Source: Opitutales bacterium
Lineage (GTDB): Bacteria; Verrucomicrobiota; Verrucomicrobiia; Opitutales; Coraliomargaritaceae
Assembly (NCBI GenBank): GCA_049606355.1
Contig: JBMYVL010000001.1
Coordinates: 106,871-138,870, forward strand
Direction: 5' to 3'
Length of the DNA: 32,000 nucleotides
Under the pieces are notes generated by a model that saw only the letters and a list, made by a program, of their open reading frames with translations, was not told where the DNA came from and did no database searches. Of the stretch, positions 8,301-15,728 are shown in pieces. The translations under genes were made by a program, and so were the position numbers. The first letter of the stretch is position 1, and each line of letters opens with the position of its first letter.

Positions 8301-10972
8301 ATTGCGAGATTCGCCACAATCAAATGACTGTGATCACAGGCGTGTCCGGATCTGGAAAATCCTCGCTTGCGTTTGATATCATCTTCGCGGAAGGCCAACG
8401 GCGCTTCATGGAATCCATGTCCGCCTATGCGCGGCAATTCGTTGAGCAAATGCCGCGGGCCGAAGTGGATGAACTGATAGGGATCGCGCCCACGGTTGCG
8501 ATCGAGCAGCACGTTACCAAAGGCACGCGTAAATCAACAGTCGCGACTATTACCGAAGTCGCTCAATACCTGCGCCTTCTTTTTGCGCGCATTGGAGTGC
8601 AGCACTCCCCAACCACCGGCGTAGCCGTAACGCATCAATCGGAAGCCACACTGCTCAAACGCTTGCAGCAGCAACTCAAAACCTGGCAAAAAAGCCCTAC
8701 CCAGTTCAAATCAGGGCGACATACTTGCAAGTCCCTATACCTCTGCGCGCCCTTAGTCCGCGCCCGAAAAGGCCATCATGAACCACTGGCAAATTGGGCG
8801 CGCGACCACGGCTACCGCTACCTGCGTATTGACGGCGAAGTCATTGCCTTGAGTGAATTTCAAAAGCTCGATCGCTACCGAGAACATGACATCGATCTAG
8901 TCGTTGCCGAGATGTCACCTAGGGTGCCCACTGCAAGTGAAGCCTTGAGGGAAGCCCTTCGATACGGCAAAGGGAGTGCCTTCCTGATGATGCCAAGTGG
9001 AGTGCTGCTTTCTTGGTTCTCGACCAAGCGCACCGACCCTACTACCGGCGAAGCCTTCCCGGAACTCGAACCCAAGCATTTCTCATGGAACAGCCCGCGT
9101 GGTTGGTGCCCTACTTGTCGCGGCTATGGGCAACTTTATGATTGGTCGGGCAAAGAAGACAAAGTCGCCATGGATCATCTGGATGACGCTGAGCAGGGTG
9201 ACCGTTGCCCCGACTGCCAAGGAGCGCGCTTAAACCCATTGAGCTGTGCGGTCCGTTTACCGCTTAAGAAAACCAAGACTGTTTCCCAAATTTTAAATCA
9301 CGCCTCAGTCGCAAAAAATCATGCCGCAACAGTCTCATTGCCGGAACTACTTCGGTTAACGCCGCGCCGTTTACTCCAAGTGTTATCTGCCATACGCACC
9401 ACGGTCCGCAGTCAAACAATCCTCGATGAACTGCTTCCAGAGATTCAGGAACGCATGCACTTTATGGACCAGGTCGGCCTCGGTTACCTCGAGCTCGATC
9501 GATCCACCGCCTCACTCTCCGGCGGCGAGGCACAGCGTATTCGTCTTGCCGCACAACTTGGGTCTAATCTCTCCGGTGTGCTCTACGTACTCGATGAGCC
9601 TTCCATCGGTCTCCACGCACGCGACAACGCAGCACTCATTCAGATGCTTGAGCAACTGCGACGACGTGGGAATACCCTGGTCGTGGTTGAGCATAATGAA
9701 GCGACGATGCGTGAGGCGGATACAATCATCGACCTCGGCCCTGCCGCAGGCATTCACGGCGGACACATCGTCGCACAAGGGAGCTTAGCGCAGCTCAAAA
9801 AATGTCCTGCATCGATAACGGGGCGCTATCTGCGCCAAGCCATCCCGCACCCCCTACGCGGCGGCTATCGTGAGCTGCCTGCAGCGTGGTCCCCGCGCAA
9901 AAAACTGAGTAATCGCAATTGGATCACTTTGCAGGGGGCTGCCTTGCGTAATCTTAAAGGTTTTGATGTCTCTTTACCCAAGCAACGCTTATCAGTGATT
10001 TGTGGCGTGTCCGGAGCCGGCAAAAGCACGCTCGTCCGAGATTTGCTCAAACCACTGGTAGAAACTGCAATCCGAACAAAATCGTCGAAGCTGTCTGCAA
10101 AAAGCGCTGGTGTCGTAGTCCCGACGAATCGACATGCCTTCAAGGCCATCCACCATGCCGATGATTTGCGCAAAGTGATCGAGGTTGATCAAAGCCCAAT
10201 TGGCAAAACTCCGCGTTCGACACCAGCCACCTACATTGGTGCCTTTGACTACATTCGGAAAATATATGCGGGTTTACCCGAGGCGCGATTGCGCGGTTAC
10301 ACCGCAAGCACTTTTTCATTCAACACTAAAGGTGGGCGCTGCGAAACCTGTAAAGGTGCCGGACGAGTGAAGTTGGAAATGAATTTCATGCCCGACACCT
10401 ATGTCACCTGTGAAGACTGCAACGGGCGGCGCTATGGTGTGGAGATCGAGGACTTGCGCTGGAATGGCAAAAGTATCGCAGACGTTCTGGCCATGAGCTT
10501 TGAAGAAGCTGTAACCTTCTTCAGTTTCCACGCACAACTCAGCCAGCTGATGCAGTTGATGGTCGAGACTGGCCTAGGTTATATTAGTTTAGGTCAATAT
10601 TCTCCGACGCTTTCCGGAGGCGAGGCACAGCGTATGAAGCTAGTCAGCGAATTAGCCAAGGGCCAACCCACCTTTAAGGAGCGCCAGTATAATTTAGCTT
10701 CGGCCAATCTCTACCTGCTCGAAGAACCGACCATTGGGCTGCACCTCAGTGATGTCGAACGCCTGATTCACTTGCTGCATCGCCTCGTCGACAAAGGCCA
10801 TACCGTCATTGTGATTGAGCATCACTTGGAGGTCATTGCGGATGCGGATTATTTGGTAGAACTCGGCCCAGATGGTGGCGACGCAGGAGGCGAGCTTTTG
10901 TACCAAGGTCCCGTTAAGAGTCTCAGGCAGTGCAAGGAAAGTGTGACGGCCCCCTTCCTTGAACAAAAATAA
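5306..10972 (+). CDS. tandem-fused double UvrA-like ABC ATPase (two complete UvrA units, four nucleotide-binding domains)
   Basis: 1888-aa uninterrupted ORF with a GTG start. It has four Walker A motifs (GLSGAGKSS, GVSGSGKST, GVSGSGKSS, GVSGAGKST) and four ABC signatures (LSGGETMR, LSGGESQR, LSGGEAQR twice). It has four Walker B motifs (VLDEPSVGLH, LIDEPTTGLH, VLDEPSIGLH, LLEEPTIGLH). UvrA-specific blocks are present in both halves: AEGQRRY/F, FSFNSP..C..C.G.G, VDQSP(V/I).KTPRS.PA(S/T)Y and the CxxC...CxxC zinc modules. The second unit starts near LCIRGAREHNL (nt ~8258). Confidence 0.9.
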   Translation: MRHRKNSIRLRGIRQNNLKGFDLDVPLGKLTVVTGLSGAGKSSLVFETLHAEGQRRYVETFSPYTRQFMELLDRPKVDSVENIPPSIAIQQSNTVKTSRSTVGTITELCDYFKVWFAHTATLYDPDTGDAIDNESPQSVWPKLLKAYKGKSILICFAVSKPEQLTWGDILRSLKSQGYTRVVCRSSPSNPPNMQRIDARLIEKLEQQDSVSSLLVIQDRIAQIASSVRTRCIEALTQAFRFGNGSIRILNTEFKVIESFTEGLTSTKSGRSFRAPTPTLFSFNSPIGACSQCRGFGRVIEIDDRLVVPDRHLSIDDGAIRAFHGSVYSESLHDLQRAAAKHQIRTNIPWSDLSAKEQAFVMQGEPNYQEGSNQWYGVRRFFNWLESKVYRMHVRVFLSKFRSYNTCPACRGARLQPESLYWRWQGYTLPELYRMSVSELASLLQKQYQPNATTKLPTEPDAALHGIINRLSFLKDVGLGYLSLDRSSRTLSGGETMRVNLTACLGSALVDTLFVLDEPSVGLHARDINQLVQILRRLSDMGNTVVVVEHDEEVMRAADNLIEIGPKPGINGGQLCYQGNYQRILDSDTVTGRYLSGKETIPVPTQRRPSCTNPKDFSLSVYGAEKYNIDDLTVHIPLQRLVCLSGVSGSGKSTLLNQVIYQNLLARKGLSVEDPANIKDIESSLPISEVVLVDQSPVSKTPRSNPASYCKAWDEIRKSFAKLDAAQSAGMVPGDFSFNSGDGRCPTCSGLGYERVEMQFVSDLFVPCEDCAGKRFRAEVLEIEYREHSIADILEMDISDALLLFQDEPKILQALQPLIEVGLGYLKLGQPLNTLSGGESQRLKLIRYLGKVKSSPARTQTTAGAAHALILIDEPTTGLHRADVKRLIAVLQGLVDVGHSLIVIEHNLDLLKVSDWIIEMGPEAGSKGGHIVAEGPPESIAQSDCATAAHLKAALQAKASSELCPALGVAAPEPQHGRVANVSDQLCIRGAREHNLQNINCEIRHNQMTVITGVSGSGKSSLAFDIIFAEGQRRFMESMSAYARQFVEQMPRAEVDELIGIAPTVAIEQHVTKGTRKSTVATITEVAQYLRLLFARIGVQHSPTTGVAVTHQSEATLLKRLQQQLKTWQKSPTQFKSGRHTCKSLYLCAPLVRARKGHHEPLANWARDHGYRYLRIDGEVIALSEFQKLDRYREHDIDLVVAEMSPRVPTASEALREALRYGKGSAFLMMPSGVLLSWFSTKRTDPTTGEAFPELEPKHFSWNSPRGWCPTCRGYGQLYDWSGKEDKVAMDHLDDAEQGDRCPDCQGARLNPLSCAVRLPLKKTKTVSQILNHASVAKNHAATVSLPELLRLTPRRLLQVLSAIRTTVRSQTILDELLPEIQERMHFMDQVGLGYLELDRSTASLSGGEAQRIRLAAQLGSNLSGVLYVLDEPSIGLHARDNAALIQMLEQLRRRGNTLVVVEHNEATMREADTIIDLGPAAGIHGGHIVAQGSLAQLKKCPASITGRYLRQAIPHPLRGGYRELPAAWSPRKKLSNRNWITLQGAALRNLKGFDVSLPKQRLSVICGVSGAGKSTLVRDLLKPLVETAIRTKSSKLSAKSAGVVVPTNRHAFKAIHHADDLRKVIEVDQSPIGKTPRSTPATYIGAFDYIRKIYAGLPEARLRGYTASTFSFNTKGGRCETCKGAGRVKLEMNFMPDTYVTCEDCNGRRYGVEIEDLRWNGKSIADVLAMSFEEAVTFFSFHAQLSQLMQLMVETGLGYISLGQYSPTLSGGEAQRMKLVSELAKGQPTFKERQYNLASANLYLLEEPTIGLHLSDVERLIHLLHRLVDKGHTVIVIEHHLEVIADADYLVELGPDGGDAGGELLYQGPVKSLRQCKESVTAPFLEQK

Positions 10973-10994
10973 AACGCCGGCGAAGCTGGCAAAA

Positions 10995-11774
10995 TCAGCT
11001 CGTTGGTTCGCAAATATGCTTCACGACTTGTGCGGCCATCATGAAGCCCATGGCGCCGGTCACAAAAGTTGCGGACCCAAATCCTTGGTCGCAGTTCAAT
11101 CGATAATCGGCACCCGACTCGCGTTCACACGCCACCGTACCATCGGCCTGAGGAAAAAGCGGGAATTCATCGGTGTACACGCAATCAATCTTGAATTTCT
11201 GCCGCGACTTGCGAGGAAAGCCATACTCACGCCGCAGCCGTTTGCGTACCTGTAGGAGTAGAGGATCGTTTATCGTGCGCGCTAAGTCGGCTACTTGTAC
11301 TCGCGATGGATCGATACGCCCACCCGCCCCACCGCATGTAATCATACTCAGCCCACGTTTACGTGCCTCCGCGATAAGCAAACACTTATGTTGGGTCGTA
11401 TCGATTGCATCCACGATCATGTCGTAGGCAGGCTCCAACAAGCGCTCAGCAGAAGACTCAGTAAAAAAGCATACCTCCGATCGCACCTCACAGTCCGGGG
11501 CAATTTCCCGTATGCGTTCATCCAGCACCTCCGCCTTGGCTCGACCCACCGTGCTATCCAGTGCGTGAATTTGACGATTCACATTACTCAAACATACCTC
11601 ATCCATGTCGATCAGCGTCAATTGACCGACTCCGGTACGCGCCAAGGCTTCAACAACCCATGAACCGACACCGCCGAGACCAACAACTGCGACATGCGCA
11701 GATTGCAACCGCGCCAAGCCAGCAGTCCCATATAGGCGCCCCAGTGCGCTAAATCGTGTGGCGTAATCAGACAT
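10995..11774 (-). CDS. tcdA: tRNA threonylcarbamoyladenosine dehydratase (ThiF/E1-like, TcdA/CsdL family)
   Basis: 259 aa. It has a ThiF-type dinucleotide fold (VAVVGLGGVGSWVVEALARTGVG, LIDMDEVCLSNVNRQIHA). The YgdL/TcdA-like length and C-terminal region also fit. Confidence 0.8.
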   Translation of the reverse strand: MSDYATRFSALGRLYGTAGLARLQSAHVAVVGLGGVGSWVVEALARTGVGQLTLIDMDEVCLSNVNRQIHALDSTVGRAKAEVLDERIREIAPDCEVRSEVCFFTESSAERLLEPAYDMIVDAIDTTQHKCLLIAEARKRGLSMITCGGAGGRIDPSRVQVADLARTINDPLLLQVRKRLRREYGFPRKSRQKFKIDCVYTDEFPLFPQADGTVACERESGADYRLNCDQGFGSATFVTGAMGFMMAAQVVKHICEPTS

Positions 11775-11863
11775 AATAGATGACTGACAGAGCTTGGTGC
11801 ACTTCCGTCAGAAGCAAGCAGAAAACGCTTCCCTCTGCCTATTTAGGGCGCCAATGTAGTTGA

Positions 11864-12622
11864 ATGCCTAGCTTAAATGATGTCGTCGCATTCTGTGACC
11901 AACGTACTCGACGCAGCGCGATCAAAGACTTCGATGGTGCGCAGAATGGTCTGCAAGTTGAGAACAATGGCTCTGTCAGTAAGATTGCTGCAGTCGTGGA
12001 TGCAGGACAGATACCATTCAAAGATGCCATAGCGGCGGGCGCTGACTTCATTATTTGCCATCACGGCCTCTTTTGGAATCCTCCGATCCCTTTAGTGGAG
12101 ACGCATTATACTAAAATTAAATTGGCCCTGGATAATAATTTAGCGGTTTACGGCTCCCACTTGCCCTTGGATTGCCACCCCGAAATCGGAAACAATGCAG
12201 TTCTGGCAAAAACAATCGGCTTAAAAAAAATCGGTAGTTTCCTACCTTATGAGGGCACTGAAGTCGCGCTGATTGCAGAAGGTCCTGCAGGAGGTCGATC
12301 CGAGCTCGCTTCAAAATTGCAACAGCAATTCCCTAAAACGTATCAAGGGATTGAATACGGGAGTGAGTCACCCCAGCGCATCGCTCTATTGACTGGCAGT
12401 GGTCAAAGTGCGATCCCTCATCTACAAGCCAACCAGATTGATACACTCATTACCGGCGAGTTGCGGCAGCATCATTTTAATATGGCACAGGAACTGGGCC
12501 TCAACCTCTACCCTTGCGGGCACTATGCAACCGAAGTCTTTGGCGTGCAGGCACTCGCCGCCGAGGTGGCGGACGCATTCTCAATCGAATGGTGCTTCAT
12601 CGAGCAACCGTGCTTGCTTTAA
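11864..12622 (+). CDS. Nif3-like dinuclear metal-centre protein (YbgI / GTP cyclohydrolase 1 type 2 family)
   Basis: 252 aa. The family-typical N-terminus has a metal-binding His pair (DFIICHHGLFW). The C-terminal block is GELRQHHFNMAQELGLNLYPCGHYATE. Confidence 0.85.
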   Translation: MPSLNDVVAFCDQRTRRSAIKDFDGAQNGLQVENNGSVSKIAAVVDAGQIPFKDAIAAGADFIICHHGLFWNPPIPLVETHYTKIKLALDNNLAVYGSHLPLDCHPEIGNNAVLAKTIGLKKIGSFLPYEGTEVALIAEGPAGGRSELASKLQQQFPKTYQGIEYGSESPQRIALLTGSGQSAIPHLQANQIDTLITGELRQHHFNMAQELGLNLYPCGHYATEVFGVQALAAEVADAFSIEWCFIEQPCLL

Positions 12623-12635
12623 GTCATTGCCAGAC

Positions 12636-12657
12636 GGAGCGAACCGCTCTTTAGTTT
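12636..12657 (+). terminator. weak candidate intrinsic terminator after the NIF3-family gene
   Basis: GGAGCG-AAC-CGCTCT hairpin (5 bp plus one G-U) followed by TTAGTTT, 14 nt after the stop codon. The stem is short and the U-tract is interrupted. Confidence 0.25.
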
Positions 12658-12676
12658 CACTCGAACCCTGTTAATA

Positions 12677-13114
12677 ATGAAACGCATTGTCATCATAAAC
12701 GGTCCGAATCTGGACCGACTCGGGCTCCGTGAGCCAGCGATCTACGGCGATCAAACGCTAACGGATCTGGAAAACCTACTCACAGAAGAGGCGGCATCTT
12801 TGGATGTAGAAGTTAAATTCTATCAATCCAACCACGAGGGTTTTATTATAGATGAAATCAACAATGAATATGCGGATGGCGAAGTGTTTGGCATTATCAT
12901 TAATCCAGGCGCCTTGACGCACACCAGCCTTGCCTTACGTGATGCGATTGCGGGGGCAGAGTTACCCGTCATAGAGGTTCACATTAGCAACATTTATCGC
13001 CGCGAAGAAATCCGCCAACATTCGATGACTGCCGAGGTCTGCGTGGGTGTGATCTCCGGACTCGGCTTCGATGGCTATGTGGCAGCGCTGCGGCACATGG
13101 CAGCACTGGACTAG
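12677..13114 (+). CDS. aroQ: type II 3-dehydroquinate dehydratase
   Basis: 145 aa. IINGPNLDRLGLREPAIYG, YQSNHEG, INPGALTHTS and EVHISNIYRRE are canonical AroQ blocks. Confidence 0.95.
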   Translation: MKRIVIINGPNLDRLGLREPAIYGDQTLTDLENLLTEEAASLDVEVKFYQSNHEGFIIDEINNEYADGEVFGIIINPGALTHTSLALRDAIAGAELPVIEVHISNIYRREEIRQHSMTAEVCVGVISGLGFDGYVAALRHMAALD

Positions 13115-15675
13115 CTCTCTGCAGGCATGAGCTTGGCAAGCTCTTCCAAGTCTGAGAAATGCGCGCGTAAGTCACCCGCGCTACCGATATTACCAAGCGT
13201 GTTCTCAAACAACTCTCGCTTCTCTTTCTTTAAGTGCTGGATGCGTTCTTCAATGGTTCCTTGTGTAATCATTCGATAGACGAAGACTCGACGATCTTGC
13301 CCAATGCGATGCACTCGGTCGACCGCTTGGCTTTCTACGGCAGGATTCCACCAAGGGTCTAAGAGGAACACATAATCGGCCGCGTGTAATGTTATACCCG
13401 TTCCGCCGGCACGTAAGCTCACCAATATAACTGCGGGACCGTCAACAGACTGGAAGCGTTGCACCGGCTTTTCCCGGTCTCGCGTCTGCCCTGTCAGCTC
13501 AAGCAGTGCACTCTGCGGAAATGCCTCTCGGATGAGTGGTTTCAATCGCTTCAACAACTGTACAAATTGACTAAAGATAACGACTTTGCGCGCACCCTGA
13601 CCTTGCAAGGCTTCTTCGAGGTGGATGAGTAAAGTCTGGATTTTACCGCTTTGAGCCAGGTCTGCCTCAACTTCAGGAATAAGACCTGGATCGCAACAGG
13701 CTTGGCGTAAGCGTGTCAGCAAGGAGAAGAAGCTCATTGCCTGCTGGTGCATCGCTGCCTGCAAATCATCTCCCAACTCATCACGTCCGCGCGCTAGTAA
13801 TCCTTCATAGGTCTGACGCTGTACCTCTGTGATAGGGCAGACCAAATCCATTTCCAGCTTAGGAGGTAGGTCCTTACCAACGGTGTCCTTTTGACGGCGC
13901 AAAAAGAAGGGCGCAATTTGAGCGCGCAATCGCTGCTCAAATTCAGCCCGACGCTCCACCTGCTCCTGAGTAACGGCATCTTCAAAACTACGGCGCGTCC
14001 CCAACAAGCCGGGCATGAGAAAGCGAAAAATCGTCCACAGGTCCAACAGTCGATTTTCCAAGGGCGTCCCCGTTATGGCAATGCGACTTTCGGCACGAAT
14101 GGCACAGCAGGCATGCGTCACCTTGGCATCTGGGTTTTTAATTTGCTGCGCTTCGTCTAGTACCGCGTAGCCGAAATCAACACCGTCGAGTAAATGCTTG
14201 TGGCGACGCAATTGTGTATAGCTAGCGATCCATAACTTAGGCTGCGTCGCTTCTGTCCCGCTAAAATCAGCTCCGCTACGCAGCACTGCGGTTTGCAACT
14301 GCGGATACCAACGCGCGGCTTCGCTCTCCCAAACCGGCACCACGCTGGCAGGGCAGACAATAAGACTGGGTTTATCCGGGATCACCGCATGCGCCAGCAA
14401 TGTCAGCACCTGTAGCGTCTTGCCGAGGCCCATTTCATCTGCCAGTAAGCCATGGCAGCCATGCGCCCTGAGATTGGCGAGCCATTGCACCCCGTGTATT
14501 TGATAGTCACGTAAGAATTTCGGCAGCTCTAGCTGTGATACCTTATTTTCGTCTGAAGCAGCTGACACACTCGCACGCCACGCCGCCATCTCATCTTGCA
14601 AATTCAGCTCGGCGCCTTGCTCCCCGAAAAGTGAAAACACCATGTAGCGCGGCCAAGTTTGCGCCTCCCCCTTGCCGGCCCCTGCCGCCACGCGCCACTC
14701 CGCCAATGCCTTGGATTGCGCATCAGCAATTCGCACAAGACCGAGCCCCTTCACGATATGCGTCCCTCGCCCCGCCTTCGCTAAACGTTCGGCATCTTCC
14801 GGATCCAACCACTGCCGTCCCAGTTTTAACTGCCAATCCACTTGCATGGCCTCGCGCCCAGCCGGCTTCACTTGCCCAACAACCTTGACCGCACGTACTC
14901 CTTTCGCCATCTGCTGCGCGGCGGTATCGAGGTCCACATAATCAAAGCGCTTCTCAAAACGCTTTAATTGGTGAGTCAAAAAAGGCGCTATACGCTCTGG
15001 ATCAGAGAGCAAATAATCACGCTGCTCGCTCCGATAATGAAAGCCCGAATCACGCGCTTGCGCAGTTAGGCGGACCAGAGCCTCTCGCTCATTGGATGTA
15101 AGTTTCGCATCTTCCGCAGAAAAAGCTGGTTCACGGCTAAAATCCCCAGCCACCCAATAAGCGGTTAAACGAAGTCCGTTCCTTAAGCCTTCCAAGCGCG
15201 GGGTTAGGCGGCGTGCCGGCGGTTCTTCTTCTTTCACTGCCACAGGATGCTGCGGAACTGCACGCATTTGCGTTTCATTTTGTGGCCCTCGGGGGGATTG
15301 CTTAGGCTCATACGGCAACGGTGCAATCTCGTCGGCAATTAACTCCTCAATCTCATATAGCCCCGCAACGGCAACTGCTCGACCCAAGGCATTGTCTTCA
15401 ATCGATGCACGAACGTAAGGCCCCTTCGGACTCCACTCGATTACGGCATAGCAGGTATCTTTGCGAGCGAAGGCACAGTTAATAATCGCCTCTTTCTCGC
15501 TCAACTCAACGCCGGTGATTTGCCCATCGCGGTAAATCTGACGACCGCGCTGTAGTGCGGCGGGGCTAAAATACGCCTCCCACTCAAGCCCGACATTGGT
15601 AAACCATGCCTCAAGTGCAGCAGAGTTATATATACGACTGGATAAGCGGGCTGACATACAGACAGAATGAACCAT
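13111..15675 (-). CDS. SNF2-family (RapA/HepA-like) helicase/ATPase with a ~390-aa uncharacterised N-terminal region
   Basis: SNF2 motifs are present: DYQIHGVQWL, LADEMGLGKTLQ (I), LDEAQQIKN (II), TGTPLENR (III), SLRAGGTGITL and LLDPWWNPAVESQAVDRVHRIGQ (V/VI). The start is ambiguous: TTG 15696, ATG 15675 or ATG 15657. Confidence 0.85.
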   Translation of the reverse strand: MVHSVCMSARLSSRIYNSAALEAWFTNVGLEWEAYFSPAALQRGRQIYRDGQITGVELSEKEAIINCAFARKDTCYAVIEWSPKGPYVRASIEDNALGRAVAVAGLYEIEELIADEIAPLPYEPKQSPRGPQNETQMRAVPQHPVAVKEEEPPARRLTPRLEGLRNGLRLTAYWVAGDFSREPAFSAEDAKLTSNEREALVRLTAQARDSGFHYRSEQRDYLLSDPERIAPFLTHQLKRFEKRFDYVDLDTAAQQMAKGVRAVKVVGQVKPAGREAMQVDWQLKLGRQWLDPEDAERLAKAGRGTHIVKGLGLVRIADAQSKALAEWRVAAGAGKGEAQTWPRYMVFSLFGEQGAELNLQDEMAAWRASVSAASDENKVSQLELPKFLRDYQIHGVQWLANLRAHGCHGLLADEMGLGKTLQVLTLLAHAVIPDKPSLIVCPASVVPVWESEAARWYPQLQTAVLRSGADFSGTEATQPKLWIASYTQLRRHKHLLDGVDFGYAVLDEAQQIKNPDAKVTHACCAIRAESRIAITGTPLENRLLDLWTIFRFLMPGLLGTRRSFEDAVTQEQVERRAEFEQRLRAQIAPFFLRRQKDTVGKDLPPKLEMDLVCPITEVQRQTYEGLLARGRDELGDDLQAAMHQQAMSFFSLLTRLRQACCDPGLIPEVEADLAQSGKIQTLLIHLEEALQGQGARKVVIFSQFVQLLKRLKPLIREAFPQSALLELTGQTRDREKPVQRFQSVDGPAVILVSLRAGGTGITLHAADYVFLLDPWWNPAVESQAVDRVHRIGQDRRVFVYRMITQGTIEERIQHLKKEKRELFENTLGNIGSAGDLRAHFSDLEELAKLMPAES

Positions 15676-15728
15676 CCAGCCTAGCGAATCTCGCAAACCG
15701 CCCGCAAGGGTATTTGATAAAAAAGCGC

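Noticed and set aside
13111-15696. The SNF2 helicase as part of a phage-defence system (DISARM, Zorya or BREX-like).
   Set aside because: No partner genes are adjacent: no methyltransferase, PLD/nuclease, DUF1998 or ZorABC-like genes. The neighbours are aroQ and a DEAD-box RNA helicase, so a RapA-like housekeeping role is the simpler reading.
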